The translations under genes and the position numbers were made by a program. Below the pieces are notes generated by a model. It did no database searches, had not been told where the DNA came from, and saw only the letters and a list, made by a program, of their open reading frames with translations. Positions 35,236-40,509 of a stretch of 40,509 nucleotides of DNA are shown piece by piece. Within the stretch, counting starts at the first letter, position 1. Every line of letters starts with the position of its first letter. Source of the stretch: Nemertoderma westbladi (lineage: Eukaryota > Animalia > Xenacoelomorpha); contig JAUCBJ010000432.1 in NCBI GenBank assembly GCA_032718475.1, positions 1-40,509 on the forward strand, read 5' to 3'.

Positions 35236-35386
35236 TTCTTACTCACCACCCACTAAGTAGTCGAGAAATGAAACTAACAACTCGCGAGTGTAGTTATTGG
35301 TCTATAATTTTGCGTTCCATAATGTTGATAATATGCTAATACTGTATTTCGAATCGCACATCGAATCGTTCCCAACTTTTTATTCA
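35236..35386. repeat. Dispersed repeat of about 150 bp, copy 1 (copy 2 at 38839-38990)
   Basis: TTCTTACTCACCACCCACTAAGTA...CGAATCGCACATCGA.TCGTTCCCAACTTTTTATTCA. Confidence 0.85.
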
Positions 35387-35571
35387 GAAACTATGGTGGA
35401 GTAGGAATATAGGAATATCTCTATAGGCTTCCCTTTTGCTGTGCTGGAGTAGGCACCTCACTGCGGTTGTAAATGTCTGTATTTTCTCAGTATAGACCTA
35501 CAGACCGTTTTAGACGAGGTAAAAATTATCTAGGATCCCAAAGTAAGTGTTGCATGTTGCCAAGGCATATT

Positions 35572-36757
35572 AGTTCGCGCTTTTAGACCTTTAGCAGTTT
35601 AACCTGCCAATTTTAGGTGTCTTTTTATGTATCAATTATTTAATATTGTACTGAAGTTACATCAGCCGAAGCCAGCCTGTGCGCGACCATTCACCCACAG
35701 TTAAGGGAGACTGGATTCGGATGCTTTGATAGTGATTGCAGTGTAGACCTACTGTATTATTCGATTGATCGTTACTTTAATATCTCTGACAATATATTTA
35801 CTTTCGGGGAAATATTAACAGTTCCTTTAGGACGTGGCGCTTTAAGTATAAAACAGAGTTATGACTTATACTATTCACAACTGGATGGCTACTGAGTACT
35901 GAGTTTCGTAAAAAGCGCATTCTTTAGGAGATGCTTTATTAACCTTCACACGACTTCACACTACTGCGCACTGATCTGCCGACCGTCACTGAATTTGATC
36001 ATATATAAGGAGGATCGCAACTGACACATGTAGGGATTATGAAATAGCATTCAATTCACACAAAAACCACTATAATGTAAGTCGCAGTTGCTACCGGTAA
36101 ACCTGTTCCTCTAACCTTTAGTAATCAAGGAGATTGAGGGTTTTATGATTATTCATCGGTATTCTCCAAATATATCAGCAATATATACCAACATAACACC
36201 AATTAATAACAGAATCAAATAATGCGGTGAACAGTCAGTATGTGTAGTTGAATCGCGTTGCGTAGTGCCGCGATGTGGCGATTCAGATATGAAGTATGAT
36301 TCAGCAATGATTCAGTAGTTGAATTGTTAATAGTTTTACGTTCTTTTAATCAAAGCCATCTGATGTTTCTGATGTTTAGGTCAAAGTCTGAAACTTCCAC
36401 AGAAGTACAGAAGAATCCTAAGCCGGTGTTCTGGGCTTAGAAAAGATACACACTGACTGAATTGCGTGAGTTTCTGTAGGCACTGTCCAACACAAAGTGA
36501 AAATCGCTCTGATTGGTCGAGCGAGCCGAACAAAGAACAAAGAAAAGCTCCACGCTGGCATTAAATCAGCTGACAGATTTCGTCATCTGAGTTACAGTCT
36601 TTAGAGTATTAAGCGAATTGCGGCAAAATGGCTAGTTATGTCCGCTAAAGCACGCATACAGACATAACGGGTAAAAATGGCTTGTTATGTCCGCTAAAAG
36701 CACCTACACGGTACATTGCGGAGAAAATGACTGGTTATATCCGCAAAAGCTTTTACA
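35572..36757 (-). mobile_element. Solo LTR of a diverged subfamily of the same BEL/Pao element
   Basis: Colinear similarity to 10408-11638 from (A)GTTCGCGCTTTT to CTTTTACA, with 5-bp TSD ATATT (35567-35571 and 36758-36762). The terminal T is mutated to A. Confidence 0.9.
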
Positions 36758-37362
36758 ATATTACCTCAAGTTAATTTGGCAAAGATGCTACAAAATTATG
36801 GCTATCTTTATTAAAACAAGTATAACCTGCATCCAAAATGTTAATACATTGATTGTCTCATTGTATCTCGGCGGTTGAAAGATTACCGTATGTCTGGATT
36901 GTCTGGGTAGTTCATAGATAGACATGTTAAGTTGGTACAGTAAGATTCCCTGGTCAGTCAGTATCCATGGGAACAGATGTGTATTCCTGTACATACAGTA
37001 TCAATGGACGAAGGGTTGGTTGGTTTTTGAATTTGTTTGTTGACCTATGTGACGGGATCAAGGGATCCCGATCGGATCAATAAACTACGCGTCACCGTTT
37101 GTCTAGTAGCTAGGCCTAGGCCGTTGTTGAAATAATAGAGATAAGAGTTCGTTGTTGTTTCTTGATACAATAGCTGAATATTAATACAGTGATAATAATA
37201 GCACAATAACGTACTTAGTACAGAATTCGAGGGATACCGGTATGAGTGGATATATTGGTGACGTTGGTGACGGTGAGAAATGTCACCGGTCTGCACTAAA
37301 ACCAATAACTGAATAGCCAGACCGGTAACGGCATAATATATATGTAATTACTTCTATACTGC

Positions 37363-37702
37363 TGTGGCCTTTCACCTAGTGGATGCCCTGCTTCGCCCCT
37401 ATTGGCTAATAACCTACTTCACGCCTCTCCATTCTCTGGGAGTGTTTCCCCCCCCCCCCCCCCCCCTGTTGGCCCCTGCTGGTTGTTTCCCCTCCCGAGG
37501 TGATTTGACCTCTAACCTTCCCTTGTGTGGCTTTGGGGTTTGTGTTCTCCCCAGTGTTGGCTGTGATACGAGATTAGTTACTGCTAATCTCGTATCTCCA
37601 ACATTGCTGAAAAGGTGCCACTTCCCATTTTATGAGGGTGATGCGGCGGAATTGAATCCGCTTACAACCTACATTGATTATTAGAATTACTTAGGGACCA
37701 CA
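37363..37702. mobile_element. Possible unrelated solo LTR or structured repeat (340 bp)
   Basis: TGTGG...CCACA ends, near-TSD CTGC/CTCC, CCAAT and GC-box-like motifs on the minus strand, and an internal hairpin. Confidence 0.3.
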
Positions 37703-38838
37703 CTCCAGCAACAGGGGGTCATTACCATAGCAACGATCATGCAGTTAACTGAAATCAGTAGAAAATGTTTATATCATGCTTACTATGCAATATATGTGAT
37801 ATACAGATAATAAATTGGCAATAGTATGTAGTCATTTTCCATAGCAAGTAAGTGTATTGCATAGCAACGGACGAACGATTAGTTGGTTATTGGTGAAAAT
37901 TTGTATGTGGACCTTTTTTTGATTACACAAATACATTATATATTTGACGACCACACCGTAACAACAGGGGTTCGTTTCCATTGCAACTAGGTATCATCCA
38001 TTAGCAACGAGAAAGCAGTTGCATGAAATTAGTTGAAAAAGTGTTAGTTCAAACAATATTTGTTTGCAAAAAATTTTGATTCTGAACTATAATAAGCCTT
38101 AGCAACGGAGGTGTGTATGCATAGCAACCACAAGCATTAGTCTTATCTCTGCTCATGATCTGTATGGAGGTCATGAATATTATACGTTAGGGCCGGAATA
38201 ATGGCGTATAATAACAAATATATAGTCAGACCAAGTACAATGTATAATGCCGGGCCGTCTGCCGTGCAGTGCGCCCTAAGAAGACCGGTAGTGCGCGTAG
38301 TGGTATCCCTGTATCCTGACAACTGGACTAGCTAACTACTGACGTCACCTCTCTATTCGGTAGGTACCGGTAGTATGCCAGCCTCTATGACTCATGGTGA
38401 GTCATCCCTACAGTACCGCAGGTCCTGGGTATCTGCTGGTATGGGGCGTGCCATGCAGTGTGGCGAGTTCCTATCACTACATGATCCATAGCTAAATTTA
38501 CCCTGTGATGTTAAAAATTGCTGTATATGTTTCGGTATATTTTATAACTTTATTGTATTACTTTATTGGCGTTTCAATGCTATTGTTAAAATATTAAATC
38601 AATTCGATTCAGTAAAGTGGGACCACAGCACCACATAATGCCGTATACAATATACAAAATAGTTATAGGTTTGTTGCCACATAATGCTGTATGGAATATA
38701 CTTTACTGTACAATGGTTATTCCATATCTCTAAAGTATTGTGATAGGCAATTCCAAAATAACAAAGGACACATCCACAAATATCTGAAATATTTCTCGAT
38801 CAGCCAATTTTCGCCAATCCTCGAAGCAAAAATAAAAA

Positions 38839-38990
38839 TTCTTACTCACCACCCACTAAGTAAGTGGTCGGGAAGTGAAACTAACAACTCGACAAAGTGT
38901 AGTTGTGGGTCTTTAATTTCGCGTTCCATAATGTTGATAATATACTAATATTTCGAATCGCACATCGACTCGTTCCCAACTTTTTATTCA
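38839..38990. repeat. Dispersed repeat of about 150 bp, copy 2
   Basis: Aligns to 35236-35386. Confidence 0.85.
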
Positions 38991-39181
38991 ACAACTAGAT
39001 ACTAATTAATAAATAGTCATGTTTATAATTTTCCAATACGCAAGTAGTTTGAAGCCCTTTGGTAGTTACACATACATACAAACATCCATCGTGTTTTTGC
39101 CGGCCTCAGCTTTCTTTAGACAAAAACTACCCTGTATAAAGACAGGTTCGTTATAATTTAACATTTTAAATAATAACTATA

Positions 39182-40366
39182 TATTCCAAAATTGTAACAT
39201 TACTCAACGCCGTTAGTATAAACAGCGAGTTGTTATTTAGCACTTTACAAATTTAGAGGACATTACGGCATTGTATTGGCCTGTACATTTAGGTTTGTAT
39301 TTGGTGTTACTGTTTACGTGGTAACCCACGACGGCGTTAAGTAATGTCCACTAAGGGGACATTACTTAACGCCGTCATGGTTACCACGTAAACAATAGGT
39401 GGAAATTTGCCTGACAGCCAGATAGGCCTACGGCATTACCTACTGGTAGGCGGGGTATAGCTATTAATAACCAGTAGGGTCTAGCTATATTATTATAACA
39501 TGGCTCCAAACGCCACCATAAATATAAGCTAACTTATTTATAACATAATTTATGTCATTTTTACATTTATTTATACAGCAACTAATATAATTTGTGCAGT
39601 TTCTATCACTTATAATGTATATGTACAATCATTTCGTAATGTTATAATTTTTAAATAAAACTACATACGGCTCTTGTTGCAAAGTCCTTTACAGTGTTCT
39701 GATCCTCATGGCTTTATTTTCGTTCGTGTAACAAAGCCACTCGGATCATCACACTGTAAAGTGCTACTTTACACACAAGTATGTAAATAGTTATCACATA
39801 CTTGTGTGTAAAGTACCACTTTACAGTGTGATGATCCGAGTGACTTTGTTATGTATGTAGTTTTTTTTCCAAAATTTTAACATTACGAAATGATTGTATA
39901 TATATTATAAGTGATAGAAACTGATAGAAACTAGAAAAGTGATTAAATTAGTTGCTTTATAATTAAATGTAAAATGACATAAATTATGTTATAAATAAGT
40001 TAGCTTATATTTATGGTGGCGTTTGGAGCCATGTTAATAATATAGCTACTATATTCTTATTAATACTGTAGCTACCGGTAGGTAATGCAGTACCCTTATC
40101 TGGTTGTCAAGCAATTAATAATAAGTAATTTATAATTAAAACTAATTATTGTTTATGTGGTAACTATGGCGATCCCAAGTTGCCGAGTTTCAGGTTCACT
40201 TGCATTGAACGGATGCAATGTAAAGTCACTCTGGTGGGACATTACAACATAATAAATATCACTAAATGTAGAGGCTGTAATGTCCTCTAAAGTTGTAAAG
40301 TAAAGTGCTAAATAACAACTCGCTGTTAATACTAACGGCGTTGAGTAATGTTACTATTTTGGAATA
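39182..40366. mobile_element. Foldback / long-palindrome element (about 1185 bp)
   Basis: The arms are inverted copies from TATTCCAAAA / TTTTGGAATA inward to a short loop at 39785-39795. One internal segment differs between the arms. Confidence 0.88.
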
Positions 40367-40380
40367 AAATACATTATAAT

Positions 40381-40509
40381 GGCCCGTATGCATAAAACAC
40401 TTACGACCGTCGTAATCCTCCTATCGTCGTATGTCAGCAGAATACGTCTATCGTAAACAAAATCGATTTGCATAAAAATGTTCAGCCTATTTGATTGTAA
40501 ACTTACGAT
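40381..40509. mobile_element. Probable start of a Harbinger-like MITE cut by the window edge
   Basis: Begins GGCCCGTATGCATAAAA, a GGCCC terminus like 30956. The other end is not visible. Confidence 0.3.

Noticed and set aside
35043-35249. Minus-strand exon(s) with a 37-nt intron
   Set aside because: Splice-like signals are present, but the donor lies in a dispersed repeat and no convincing reading frame results.

Overview
AT-rich eukaryotic DNA, most likely from an invertebrate animal. This rests on GT-AG introns, a eukaryotic tRNA-Cys, tRNA-derived SINEs, and CR1, RTE and Penelope fragments. The window is dominated by mobile DNA and three tandem arrays (30 bp, 52/56 bp present twice, and 43 bp). 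The centrepiece is a minus-strand BEL/Pao LTR retrotransposon (10408-23976, 1231-bp LTRs, ATACG target-site duplication). Its gag-protease ORF lacks RT and integrase and is split by an 8-bp-TSD hAT-type insertion. It carries a decayed extra 3' ORF with a CCHC-like motif, has no tRNA PBS but an 11-nt self-complementary site instead, and its left LTR is followed by a 2.1-kb duplicate of the right flank. A diverged solo LTR of the same family lies at 35572-36757. Probable protein genes that are not recognisable TE genes: a 93-aa twin-CX3C ORF, an intronless HPD-less J-domain/TM ORF that runs into the 30-bp array, and a spliced 388-aa gene of unknown function. Also seen are ultra-short CATG-ended insertions with 7-bp TSDs, Tc1-type excision footprints, nested MITEs and a 1.2-kb foldback. 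There is no CRISPR array and no prokaryotic system. All calls come from reading by eye; no database searches were run.
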